Of a stretch of DNA of 64,000 nucleotides, positions 1 to 8,906 are shown piece by piece (the stretch's first letter is position 1; each line of letters starts with the position of its first letter). The position numbers and the translations under genes were made by a program. This DNA comes from Bacteroidota bacterium (lineage in GTDB: Bacteria > Bacteroidota > Bacteroidia > 2-12-FULL-35-15): positions 1,638-65,637 of the forward strand of contig JAOQAD010000037.1 of assembly GCA_025963775.1 (NCBI GenBank), written 5' to 3'. The notes beneath the pieces were generated by a model. The model was not told where the DNA came from, made no database searches, and was given only the letters and a program-made list of their open reading frames with translations.

Positions 1-1320
1 AGGACCGTTCACAGTAAGATTCACACCCGTGCGGCAGCTGTTCTGGAGATCCGTTACGTAGAGATAATAGTGCCCGGGATCGAGGTTGTTGTTTGCATAC
101 GCAGCCGAGGCAGAAGTAAAGTTATCGATCTGGATGCCTGCGTTGTTAAAGAGGTCATACGTATATCCGAAAATTGAAAAGCTCCCTCCGTACGCATTGA
201 TGGTTCCATCGCCCGAAGCGCTGCAGCTGGCCGATGTTGAATAGGCAAAAAGTGGCTTCTGGCAGCAATTCATGTGCGCATCAAACACGTAGTCCGCATC
301 GCCGGAGCAATCCTGCGGCGTTACAAGCGAGCCGGATTCACCATCCGAATAATTAATGAAGCGGATGCTCAGGTCGTTGGAAAGCGAATCGCAAAAGCCT
401 TTGGTTTGTGTTTTTACAGAAAAGCAGAATGTCCAGACATGAGGCAAGCCACTGTGATCGCCGACATTGTTGGTCGGATCGCCATCTGCGCCAACATCGT
501 AAAAGAAGCCGCTTTCATTGCTTCCGTTGATGTTAATGTTGCTGAACCATTGCCATTGCCCTGCGCCATCAGCAGAGGCAGGCAGGCTGATCACATTCAT
601 GGTCGGCGAGTCCCAGCCGCTTCCGAACAATGGAACGATGCCATGGAAGCGGTTACCGAACTTTTCATCGTAGCCAACCACGGAATAGCAGAAACCTACA
701 GTCGTGTCAGGTGCGTAAGCTGCCTGTACCGGGAAAGGATAGGCAAACAATAGTGAATTCTTGAGACAATCGGCGCAGATGTTCTTGGAGCGTACCGACA
801 ATAAAAAGTTTCCGGCGCCGGGCGTTGTAATGCTGGCTACCTGCAGGTAATATTTTACGCCCCAGGTAAGCGGGCCGAAATCGAAGGTATCCAGCGCAAC
901 ACCTGATGAAACATGGCATTGACGCGGCATAAGCCCCACACATTCGTTTGTTGCGGATTCATAAAGCGCAACATACGCATCGCTCAGCGGGCTCGTACCC
1001 ACTCCTTTGATAGTAACGATCGCATGTGTTTCGGAAGCGGTGAACTGGTACCAGACATCCTTCAAAGGGTCTGTTCCGGAATAGCAGGTGGTGATGGCGC
1101 CGCTCAGCGAATCGTTGGTGGCGCCCAGCGTAGTTCCGGTAACATTTACGGGACTGCCGATCGTAAAGCCGGGAGCCGTAGGTGAACAGAGGGGTGCAGA
1201 AGGCAGCGCCCCCATTACATTAGGGGTGCATTGAAAATCATTTGGCGGCTGAGCATAGCTAACAGCCTGGCAAACAATAAATAGGGAAAGCAAAATGAGT
1301 AGTTGTAGCTTTTTGATCAT
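1..1320 (-). CDS. Secreted surface protein, N-terminal 440-aa fragment (gene continues past the left edge)
   Basis: The minus-strand frame is open from the ATG at 1320 to position 1 (hand-translated 541-1320, no stops). It is absent from the ORF track because there is no in-window stop. The N-terminus MIKKLQLLILLSLFIVCQAVSYAQ looks like a signal peptide. The mature part is Gly/Thr/Cys-rich, like large Bacteroidota surface proteins. Confidence 0.7.
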   Translation of the reverse strand, partial: MIKKLQLLILLSLFIVCQAVSYAQPPNDFQCTPNVMGALPSAPLCSPTAPGFTIGSPVNVTGTTLGATNDSLSGAITTCYSGTDPLKDVWYQFTASETHAIVTIKGVGTSPLSDAYVALYESATNECVGLMPRQCHVSSGVALDTFDFGPLTWGVKYYLQVASITTPGAGNFLLSVRSKNICADCLKNSLLFAYPFPVQAAYAPDTTVGFCYSVVGYDEKFGNRFHGIVPLFGSGWDSPTMNVISLPASADGAGQWQWFSNININGSNESGFFYDVGADGDPTNNVGDHSGLPHVWTFCFSVKTQTKGFCDSLSNDLSIRFINYSDGESGSLVTPQDCSGDADYVFDAHMNCCQKPLFAYSTSASCSASGDGTINAYGGSFSIFGYTYDLFNNAGIQIDNFTSASAAYANNNLDPGHYYLYVTDLQNSCRTGVNLTVNGP

Positions 1321-1396
1321 GCCCGGTTTATTCTTTGGAATAAAAATAAGCATTTTTGATCAGAAAACAGGTAGTCTACAGAAAAGAAGTTTTGAT

Positions 1397-3184
1397 CTAT
1401 GAAATCTTCACGCCGATCACAAGAATATCATCTACCTGGTCAAGCGGGCCGCGCCATTCTTCAATGGTTTTGTTAAGGATCTCCTTCTGCTTGCCGATCG
1501 GGTGCTTATGAACATCCAGCAGCAGGTCGCGGAAATGATTTGCCATGAATTTCTTGCCGTTCGGGCCGCCAAACTGATCGGCATAGCCATCGGAGAAAAT
1601 ATAGATCACATCGCCCTTATGGAGCTTGAAGGTATGGTTGGTGAATTTCTTTTTCTGCTCGCCGAGAAATAATCCGATCGGGAACTTGTCCGCTTTGGTT
1701 TGCATCAGCTCTCCCTCACGGATGATATACAGCGGGTTGAATGCACCTGCATACTGCAATTCCATGTTCTTGTAATCGATGGTGCAGAAAGAAAGGTCCA
1801 TCCCGTCCTTCGCCTGCGATTCCTCATGACCGTGGTGCAGTGTTTCGCTTACGCCTTCGTTGAGCGCATCAAGGATCAAAGATGGTGTTGTAAAATTATT
1901 GTTGTTTACGGAATGCTTCAGGATGTTATAACCCACGATGCTCATAAAGGCACCCGGAACCCCATGTCCTGTACAGTCAACAGCTGCAAACATTGTTTTG
2001 CCGTCCTTCTCATCGATCCAGTAAAAGTCGCCGCTGACAATGTCCTTCGGCTTGTACAGCACAAATGAATCCGGCAATACGCGCTTCACCAAACTATCCG
2101 GCGGCAGGATCGCTTCCTGGATGCGCTTCGCATATTTGATACTATCCGTAACATGCTTGTAAAGCACCTCGAGCTCCTGGTTCTTGGTTTCGATCTCCTC
2201 TTTCTGGCGCACCACTTCTTCTGTACGCTCAATTACTTTTGCTTCGAGCAAACGCTCGTTCTCACGAAGGTCCTCACGCATTTTCAATAATGCAGCGCCC
2301 AATGTATCGTCCTTGCTCAGCGGACGGTAATGTGAATCAAAATTCCCGGAACCTACCTGTTTTGCAAACTGCGTGGTGCGGGCCATCCCGTCCACAAGGT
2401 CGTTCAGCGCCAGCGACATTTCGCCGATCTCATCGTTCCGGTCTTTAATGCGCTCGGTTGGCAATACACCGCGGCCCATGGAAAGAAGGATCTTCTTTAA
2501 CTGCTGGATCGGGCGAACGATAGAGCGCACCGTGTAGATCGCAATGAGAATACCGCCAAACACCAGGATAATTCCAAGCCACACCACGATCTTCTGGAGC
2601 AGGCTGAAAGAGTTCAGCATCTCGTCGGAGTTGTCCGTAGCGTTTGAATTCTGCTTGTCGATCAGCTTGCTTAAATTCTCATTGATCACCTGGAACTGCG
2701 GCTCGAGGTCTTCGAACGGCAGCTGCGCCACAAACTTGATGTTGGAATCGTTGTAGGTATCAAAGGAATTGAGGGTAGCCATTACATCCTCTTTGTAGCT
2801 TTTGAACATTTTCTCGATCAGCGCGAGGATCGATTCGATGCTTTCCTGCTCATCCTTGTTCCAGTTCACCGAATATTTCTTGATCTTTTCCTTTACGGAA
2901 GGATATTCCTGGTCGAGCAGCACCCTGAGCGCTTTTTTATGCGCGGCATCATCGCCTGTCTGTACATAAAACCATTTGGTGATCAGGAGCTTGGAGCGGT
3001 TGAGCAGGTTATCGAGCTCCTTTAACGTTGCAACGGAAGGATTGTAGATCTCAGTTACCTGGTCGGTTTTTTTACGGCTTTCGTTAAGAGTGACGTTTGT
3101 AAGTAAAAACGCAATGGTTGTCAAAAAAATGATGATGCCGAAGCCCAGTCCTATTTTCCTGCCAATTGTAAATCTTAATTTCAT
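1397..3184 (-). CDS. Membrane sensor protein phosphatase: TM, extracytoplasmic domain, TM, HAMP, coiled coil, PP2C/SpoIIE domain
   Basis: 595-aa ORF. TM1 is IGLGFGIIIFLTTIAFLL, followed by a ~170-aa outside segment and TM2 VVWLGIILVFGGILIAIYTV. A HAMP-like linker and coiled coil follow. SpoIIE/PP2C signatures: SIKYAKRIQEAILP, SGDFYW, DCTGHGVPGAFMS, SDGYADQFGG, DDILVIGVKI. Confidence 0.85.
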   Translation of the reverse strand: MKLRFTIGRKIGLGFGIIIFLTTIAFLLTNVTLNESRKKTDQVTEIYNPSVATLKELDNLLNRSKLLITKWFYVQTGDDAAHKKALRVLLDQEYPSVKEKIKKYSVNWNKDEQESIESILALIEKMFKSYKEDVMATLNSFDTYNDSNIKFVAQLPFEDLEPQFQVINENLSKLIDKQNSNATDNSDEMLNSFSLLQKIVVWLGIILVFGGILIAIYTVRSIVRPIQQLKKILLSMGRGVLPTERIKDRNDEIGEMSLALNDLVDGMARTTQFAKQVGSGNFDSHYRPLSKDDTLGAALLKMREDLRENERLLEAKVIERTEEVVRQKEEIETKNQELEVLYKHVTDSIKYAKRIQEAILPPDSLVKRVLPDSFVLYKPKDIVSGDFYWIDEKDGKTMFAAVDCTGHGVPGAFMSIVGYNILKHSVNNNNFTTPSLILDALNEGVSETLHHGHEESQAKDGMDLSFCTIDYKNMELQYAGAFNPLYIIREGELMQTKADKFPIGLFLGEQKKKFTNHTFKLHKGDVIYIFSDGYADQFGGPNGKKFMANHFRDLLLDVHKHPIGKQKEILNKTIEEWRGPLDQVDDILVIGVKIS

Positions 3185-3219
3185 AAATTGCCCTGAGTAG
3201 CGTATTTACTGGTGTTTGC

Positions 3220-4125
3220 TTATTTCTGCTTTTCTAATTCCTCTAACTTCAGCTTGTACATGTTTGATTTCTCAAACTCGTTCAGGCTGAAATAAATACC
3301 CGAAAGTCCCAAGAGCGTTTCTCTTCTTTTCGGGTCTAATTCATACGCTTTTTCCATGAATGGAAGTGATTCTTTGAACAGGTTGATGGAATTATCCTGG
3401 ATGTCATTCAGTGCGACAATGTCGAGGTCATAATCAGATTGGTTGATGAGGTTCACCGCCTGGTTGTAATACAGGATTCCCATGTTGTAGTTTGCACCGA
3501 TGTTGTTCGGATCGATCGAGAGGATCTTGTTGTAAGCATCTTTTGCGAGTTTCAGGAATTCGGTCTTCCCTTTCCTGTCGCTTTCAAAAATTTTCGTGTA
3601 CAGGGAAGCCATGGCAAGTGAGAAGGCAATGTCCTTTTGGGCAATGTTTGCAGGTGTAGGGTCTACCAGCAGGTAATATTCCTTGAATTTCTCAAAGTTG
3701 CCGATCGCGATCTTGTAATCGATGGAATCGAGGCTGGCAGCAGCATCGTTGTACAGGGTTGTTGCGAGGTATTTTACATTTTTGATGCACTCCTGCACGT
3801 TTTCCTGGGTAGTGTCGAGCGCAATGGATTTTTTGAAGGAAGCAAGGGCCTCGAGACGGGATGGTGATAATTTATTGCCTTTTTCCAGCTTGTTGTAAAC
3901 GGATTTGTAAATAAAGCCGCGGAGGTACCAGGCTTGCCCGTTGGCAGATGTTTCAGGATGCTTCACAGCTGCATCGATGCACGCTTTGGCGCTGTCGAGC
4001 TGATCCTGCTGAAAGAACGAGTAGGCAGCAGAAACTTTGCTCTGCTGGGCTTCAGCCAGTGCTGCCGTTACCAGCAACATGGCTAAACAAACCGTTCTTT
4101 TTAAGTTTAACATCTTAATTATCAT
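3220..4125 (-). CDS. Secreted TPR-repeat protein
   Basis: 301-aa ORF with an N-terminal signal peptide (LAMLLVTAALAEAQQ). It has repeated TPR-like helical motifs (AKDAYNKILSIDPNN, MEKAYELDPKR). It lies 15 nt downstream of the YfiR-like gene and 35 nt upstream of the phosphatase gene. Confidence 0.75.
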   Translation of the reverse strand: MIIKMLNLKRTVCLAMLLVTAALAEAQQSKVSAAYSFFQQDQLDSAKACIDAAVKHPETSANGQAWYLRGFIYKSVYNKLEKGNKLSPSRLEALASFKKSIALDTTQENVQECIKNVKYLATTLYNDAAASLDSIDYKIAIGNFEKFKEYYLLVDPTPANIAQKDIAFSLAMASLYTKIFESDRKGKTEFLKLAKDAYNKILSIDPNNIGANYNMGILYYNQAVNLINQSDYDLDIVALNDIQDNSINLFKESLPFMEKAYELDPKRRETLLGLSGIYFSLNEFEKSNMYKLKLEELEKQK

Positions 4126-4140
4126 GTAAATATATAAAAA

Positions 4141-4674
4141 TTATTTAACCTGCACCGCCATTTCCACCAAAGTGGAAGCAACCTTAAGTTTATACTTCTC
4201 TATATTCGCCCTGTTCAATTCTATCTTTTGCTTATTCTCTACTACGGAAAAGTTTATGCCCGCCCCAAGTTTTGCCATTCCGGGCTTATCTGTCACGATC
4301 AGCGTGCTTTTCCCCTTGATCTTCCCCACTACATCCGCCAACTGGGAAGAATTATCAGCTAAAATGTAAACGATGTGGCATTGGGCAGCTTCTGCTGCAG
4401 CGGTAATGTTTTTGATCTCCATTTTCTGGGAGCCTACGGTTTTGGATGCCGCCATTTTATTCAGTTCGTTCAAAAGGGGAATGCTGGTGCCGTAAACACC
4501 GATCACAAAATTGCCTTCCTTGTATTCGGCAGGCCATTCGATGTATTTCGTGAAATTGTAGATGTAGATGGCTTTGATCCTTGCTCCTGCCTCTTCCGAC
4601 TGATCGAGCCGCACTGCCGCACTTTGTGTGAGCAATACGAGAGGAAGCAACAATATGAAAAGCAGTTTTTTCAT
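4141..4674 (-). CDS. YfiR/DUF4154-family periplasmic protein
   Basis: 177-aa ORF with signal peptide MKKLLFILLLPLVLLTQSAA. The motifs IKAIYIYNFTKYIEWP, CHIVYI, STLIVTD and GAGINF match my recollection of the YfiR (DUF4154) family. Confidence 0.75.
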   Translation of the reverse strand: MKKLLFILLLPLVLLTQSAAVRLDQSEEAGARIKAIYIYNFTKYIEWPAEYKEGNFVIGVYGTSIPLLNELNKMAASKTVGSQKMEIKNITAAAEAAQCHIVYILADNSSQLADVVGKIKGKSTLIVTDKPGMAKLGAGINFSVVENKQKIELNRANIEKYKLKVASTLVEMAVQVK

Positions 4675-4725
4675 CGATTCAGACCGCCCGGAAGCAAATC
4701 ATAAGCCAGTTTTGTTTTGTGCCTG

Positions 4726-4743
4726 CAAATATAAACAAATTTA
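4726..4743 (-). promoter_or_regulatory. Two adjacent Bacteroidota -7 boxes (TATATTTG, TAAATTTG) upstream of the YfiR-like operon
   Basis: Plus-strand caaatata (4726-4733) and caaattta (4736-4743) are TAnnTTTG on the minus strand. They lie 51-61 nt upstream of the ATG at 4674. Confidence 0.4.
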
Positions 4744-4827
4744 GACAACTCAAACCTCTGCTTTTACTTGCCCCTACTTTTATTCAGACGACAATTGATC
4801 CTGTTGGATTTAAAGAAATAAAAAACC

Positions 4828-4835
4828 TATTTTTG
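4828..4835 (+). promoter_or_regulatory. -7 box TATTTTTG for the ECF sigma gene
   Basis: Matches TAnnTTTG and ends 9 nt before the ATG at 4845. This supports 4845 over the GTG at 4719 as the start. Confidence 0.45.
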
Positions 4836-4844
4836 TTAAATACT

Positions 4845-5432
4845 ATGCATTCCGACAGGTTAGATACACTCGACGATCTTCAGCTGGTTGCCCGCTATAA
4901 ACAAACGGGCGACAACAACTGTGTTGGGATATTGTTCCAGCGCTACACCCACCTTATTTTCGGGGTTTGCATGAAATACCTGAAAGATGAGGACGACAGC
5001 CAGGATGCATCCATGCAGCTGTTCGAAAAATTACTGGCCGATCTCAAAAAGCATGAGATCCAGCAGTTCAAAGCATGGCTGCACATGGTCTGCAAGAATT
5101 ACTGCCTGATGCAGCTGCGCTCCGGCAAAACAAGGCTGAAGCACGACAGGGAGATGCACAAGGATTTTGGCACTCTTATGGAAAGCGGTCAGGAAGTGCA
5201 TCTTACAATTGAAAACACGAAAGAATTACAGCTCACCTACATGGAAGAATGCATGGAAGGATTGAACAATGAGCAGCGCCTTTGCGTTGAGCTGTTCTAC
5301 CTGCAGGAAAAAAGCTATCATGAAGTGGCAGAAATGACGAGCTTTTCCATGAATAATGTGAAAAGCTATATTCAGAATGGAAAGCGGAATCTGAAAAACT
5401 GTATTGAATCGAGGAAGGTACCTGAACAATGA
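4845..5432 (+). CDS. ECF-type RNA polymerase sigma-70 factor
   Basis: Region 2-like DLQLVARYKQTGDNNCVGILFQRYTHLIFGVCMKYL and region 4-like LNNEQRLCVELFYLQEKSYHEVAEMTSFSMNNVKSYIQNGKRNL. The start is trimmed to M43 of the track ORF. The stop overlaps the next start (ATGA). Confidence 0.85.
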   Translation: MHSDRLDTLDDLQLVARYKQTGDNNCVGILFQRYTHLIFGVCMKYLKDEDDSQDASMQLFEKLLADLKKHEIQQFKAWLHMVCKNYCLMQLRSGKTRLKHDREMHKDFGTLMESGQEVHLTIENTKELQLTYMEECMEGLNNEQRLCVELFYLQEKSYHEVAEMTSFSMNNVKSYIQNGKRNLKNCIESRKVPEQ

Positions 5433-6751
5433 ATAACGATCTGACATATAATTTACACAACCCGGGCGATTGCATCCCTGAGCAGACGATGTTTGATTAC
5501 ATCGACGGGAAGCTCAGTGCGAAAGAGCAGCACCTGGTTGAAAAGCACATGATCGATTGCGAGCTTTGCTCCGATGCGCTGGAAGGCCTGCGGCTTGTGA
5601 AGAACAGGGGAAGGATCGCGGAGATCAACAAAGCTGTGCGTGAACGCATCGCGGTACCGGAGAAAAAAACGAGGGTAATCGATTTCAGGATCGTGATGTC
5701 TGTCGCTGCCGGATTACTGCTGCTCACAGGCGGTGTTTTCTTCTTCCGCCAGTTTGCAGAAAAAAAAGAAAGCATGGCAGAATTAAAGGAAGCGCCAAAC
5801 AGCCAAACGCAGCCGGAAGAAAAAATGGAAGCGCAGCCACCTGTAACAACCGAAGAAGCTGTACCAACCGATGAAGGCGCAAAAAAAGAAAAGCTGAAGA
5901 TCAGCGACCGGGAACAATCCGGCGACTACACAGTTGTGATGAAGGATGTAAATGGTGCCGGCGCTGTTTCCCCTGTTGCAGCTGATGAACTGAGCATTGC
6001 GGAAAATGAAAAAGTGATCCGCCCGGATGAAGATGTTAAGAACAATGGTACGTTTGCAGGCACGACAGTATCCGGCAACACAGCTCCGGGCTACTCTTCC
6101 ACATGGTCATCCCCGGCGCCCGTAAATACCGCAGATAAAAAAGCCGCAACAAAGGAGAAAGAACAGGATGACCTGCAGCAAACAATGAAGGTAGCCGATG
6201 TTGTGCAGGCCGATAGCAAGGATGAAGATGCCGGCAAGCAAAAACAGCAGGTTGTAGTCAAGCGCGACGAGAACAGGGCTGCTTCAACTGAAAGTAAGAA
6301 AACAGAAGAACGAAAAAATGCGGAAGACAAGCCCGCAACAACAACTGCAAATGCAGGCCTGGCAAAGGAAATACCTGGCAATGCATTTCAAACAGCAGCC
6401 GACTCAACCGAAACATTGTCAAACAGCAATATGGAGCAGGTGTATTCTGTTGTGGATGAAATGCCGAAGTTCCCGGGTGGTGAAGCAGAAATGCTGAAAT
6501 ACATCCAAAAGAATTTAAAATATCCTGAGATCGAAAAGGAAACAGCTGTCGGAGGCAAAATCTATGTGCAGTTTGTTGTAGACAAAAAAGGAAATATTAA
6601 AAATCCAAAGATCTTCAAAGGGCTTACTCCGGAATTTGATGAGGAAGTGTTAAGAGTGGTGAGAAGCATGCCAAAATGGAGCCCTGGGAAAATAAAAGGC
6701 AGCCCGGTTGATGTGCTCATGAACATCCCGGTAGAGATCTATCTGAAATAG
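5429..6751 (+). CDS. Anti-sigma factor (zf-HC2) fused to a TonB C-terminal domain
   Basis: N-terminal H-x3-C-x2-C motif (EKHMIDCELCSDALEGL) and a single TM (VMSVAAGLLLLTGGVFFF). A ~230-aa K/E/T/A-rich low-complexity linker follows. The C-terminus YSVVDEMPKFPGGEAEMLKYIQKNLKYPEIEKE...GKIYVQFVVDKKGNI...PGKIKGSPVDV is typical of TonB_C. Confidence 0.8.
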   Translation: MNNDLTYNLHNPGDCIPEQTMFDYIDGKLSAKEQHLVEKHMIDCELCSDALEGLRLVKNRGRIAEINKAVRERIAVPEKKTRVIDFRIVMSVAAGLLLLTGGVFFFRQFAEKKESMAELKEAPNSQTQPEEKMEAQPPVTTEEAVPTDEGAKKEKLKISDREQSGDYTVVMKDVNGAGAVSPVAADELSIAENEKVIRPDEDVKNNGTFAGTTVSGNTAPGYSSTWSSPAPVNTADKKAATKEKEQDDLQQTMKVADVVQADSKDEDAGKQKQQVVVKRDENRAASTESKKTEERKNAEDKPATTTANAGLAKEIPGNAFQTAADSTETLSNSNMEQVYSVVDEMPKFPGGEAEMLKYIQKNLKYPEIEKETAVGGKIYVQFVVDKKGNIKNPKIFKGLTPEFDEEVLRVVRSMPKWSPGKIKGSPVDVLMNIPVEIYLK

Positions 6752-6787
6752 ACAATTAACAATCCCCGTTTCATAACCTTCTGCATT

Positions 6788-6810
6788 CCCCTGTTTAAAC
6801 AGGGCTTTTG
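6788..6810 (+). terminator. Rho-independent terminator candidate after the anti-sigma gene
   Basis: The palindrome ccctgttt/aaacaggg is followed by cttttg. Confidence 0.5.
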
Positions 6811-6815
6811 CATTC

Positions 6816-6823
6816 TATTTTTG
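6816..6823 (+). promoter_or_regulatory. -7 box TATTTTTG
   Basis: Matches TAnnTTTG, 16 nt upstream of the ATG at 6840. Confidence 0.4.
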
Positions 6824-6839
6824 AGAAAAGTCATTCCTG

Positions 6840-7403
6840 ATGAGCATTTTCAAAAATAAAATTTTCTTTTTTTATTTCACGCTCATCCTCTCATCCTGCC
6901 TTCTGACCAGCTCCTGCCGCTTCAACAAAGAGATCGCGAAAGCTGAGAACAAACCGGGAAAAGAAAAACCGGTAGCTTCCAAAAAAATCGAAAAAAAATA
7001 TGCGGAGCTGCTGAATGTTCCCGAATCCGATATTTCCAATGCCCGCCTGTATTCCTTTATCGACGATTGGTACGGCGTTCCCTACAAATACGGCGGTAAG
7101 AACAAAAACGGCATCGACTGCTCCAATTTCACCTCCACGCTTTATAAAGACATCTATAATAAAACGCTGACGGGCTCCTCCTCCTCTATTTTCAATCAAT
7201 GCAAAATCGTTTCAAGAAAAGAGCTGCGCGAAGGCGATCTTGTCTTTTTCAAGATTGAAAAGGATGAAGTTTCACACATCGGCGTTTACCTGCAGAACAA
7301 CAAATTCGTTCATGCCACTACAAAAAAAGGAGTGATGATCGATGACCTCGATGAAGCATACTACAAGAAATATTATTACAAGGCAGGCAGATTAGCCAAT
7401 TAG
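6840..7403 (+). CDS. NlpC/P60 (C40) family cell-wall peptidase lipoprotein
   Basis: Lipoprotein-like signal (TLILSSC). Catalytic Cys context YGGKNKNGIDCSNFTSTLY and His context VSHIGVYLQNNKFVHA. Confidence 0.85.
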   Translation: MSIFKNKIFFFYFTLILSSCLLTSSCRFNKEIAKAENKPGKEKPVASKKIEKKYAELLNVPESDISNARLYSFIDDWYGVPYKYGGKNKNGIDCSNFTSTLYKDIYNKTLTGSSSSIFNQCKIVSRKELREGDLVFFKIEKDEVSHIGVYLQNNKFVHATTKKGVMIDDLDEAYYKKYYYKAGRLAN

Positions 7404-7413
7404 AATTTAATTT

Positions 7414-8556
7414 ATGACGAAAGAAAACTCATGTGCCCAGATAAGGATCATTACACGGATCACTGCCATTGCCTGCTTCGCCAGCATGCTGCTCTGCTAT
7501 AAGCTCTGGCTGAGCGACCGTAATTTCCCTGCCGTTCCGCTCTTCCATTTGCCATTGCTGCATCACCCGCTGGATTATATCCTTCCCTGTATTGCGGGAA
7601 TTTTACTGCTCTGTATCGCGATCGTCCGCAATCCGCAAAAGCTGATCCTTGGGTTTGTAGTTGTTGCCCTTTTGCTTGCGCTGACCGACATGAACCGCTG
7701 GCAGCCCTGGTTCTACCAGTATGTACTGATGTTCTTCATTCTCTGTTTTTTCAATTACAGGTGTGATGATACGCGCCAGCAGCAGGCGATCGTCAGCACC
7801 TTCAAGCTCATGGTTGCTGCAGTCTATTTCTGGAGCGGGCTGCAAAAGCTCAATCCCCATTTTTTAGCTGATACATTTCCCTGGCTGATGGAGCCGATCA
7901 CCAATCACATGGCAGCCGGAGGCATTCACAAACTGTCTTTCCTCGGTTACATGTTCCCGCTGCTCGAGATCGGAACAGGGATCTGCCTGCTGATCCCCGC
8001 CTTGCAGAAGCCTGCTGTGGCCGCTTCCACCATCATGCACCTTTTTATCCTGTATGTGCTGAGCCCGATGGGACACAATTACAATCCGGTGGTATGGCCC
8101 TGGAACTTTGCCATGATCGCATTTGTGTTCGTACTCTTCTACAACGAATCGCCTTTCAGCTTTTCCGCGATCCGAAATGCATTCAGCTATCACTCTTTAA
8201 AAGTGGTGATCCTGCTGTTCGTGATGATGCCTTTGTTCAATTTTTTCAACCTGTGGGATTCCTACCTTTCACATAACCTATATTCAGGAAATACCAGCAA
8301 TGGCCTGGTGTACGTTTCCGATTCCGTTGAAAAGCAGTTGCCCGATTATCTGAAGCCGTATGCGATCGGCGAGCTGAACCAAAACCAGATCACCATCAAA
8401 TACTGGTGCATGAAGGAGCTTGGAGTTCCGGCTTACCCGGAGAAGCGGAATTTTGTTGCCATTGCAAGAACGATCTATGCTTACACCAACGATCCGAAAC
8501 AAGTGTATTTCATGTACATCCCGAAATTAAAGTTCAATGAGAAGGATCCGGATTGA
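7414..8556 (+). CDS. Polytopic integral membrane protein, unknown function
   Basis: 380-aa ORF with at least 8 hydrophobic segments and a ~100-aa soluble C-terminal tail. It lies 10 nt downstream of the NlpC/P60 gene. No family recognised. Confidence 0.6.
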   Translation: MTKENSCAQIRIITRITAIACFASMLLCYKLWLSDRNFPAVPLFHLPLLHHPLDYILPCIAGILLLCIAIVRNPQKLILGFVVVALLLALTDMNRWQPWFYQYVLMFFILCFFNYRCDDTRQQQAIVSTFKLMVAAVYFWSGLQKLNPHFLADTFPWLMEPITNHMAAGGIHKLSFLGYMFPLLEIGTGICLLIPALQKPAVAASTIMHLFILYVLSPMGHNYNPVVWPWNFAMIAFVFVLFYNESPFSFSAIRNAFSYHSLKVVILLFVMMPLFNFFNLWDSYLSHNLYSGNTSNGLVYVSDSVEKQLPDYLKPYAIGELNQNQITIKYWCMKELGVPAYPEKRNFVAIARTIYAYTNDPKQVYFMYIPKLKFNEKDPD

Positions 8557-8587
8557 TTAAAGGTTTTGCCCTCCGGGGGAAGGTTTT

Positions 8588-8828
8588 GAAGGGAGAGGTA
8601 TTATTACCTACTCAAATTATCAAGTCATCCCGTGCTTCGACACGGGCTCTCTCTATAAGTATGATCTGAGTGGAATTCTGCAAGCCTTAACATTTTGTAG
8701 AGATGCCGTGTCCCCGGATCAGGTCCGGACAGGGATATTACTTAGCAGAAGTGTTAGCCGCAGATTCACAGATTTTTTTTCAGATTTAATTTGCGCAGAT
8801 AATCGCTTCGCGATTTGTTATTGTTATA
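8588..8828 (-). repeat. Intergenic repeat block: truncated two-hairpin composite element plus GCCRCAGAT.. and AATCGCTTCGCGATT modules
   Basis: 8588-8704 and 8774-8828 recur inverted at 23047-22932 and 22933-22881. The first segment shows 4 mismatches and 1 indel in 117 nt (hand alignment). It contains the GTCAT-hairpin at 8624-8652. Confidence 0.8.
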
Positions 8829-8852
8829 ACCCCTGACAGGGGTTATAAAACA

Positions 8853-8886
8853 AAAGCGCCCTCCCGGATTCCGGAAAGGCGCTTTT
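8853..8886. terminator. Bidirectional terminator hairpin between convergent genes
   Basis: In aaaagcgccctcccggattccggaaaggcgctttta, the stem agcgcc/ggcgct has A-run and T-run flanks. Confidence 0.6.
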
Positions 8887-8906
8887 ATTAACAGTTATCT
8901 TAAATC

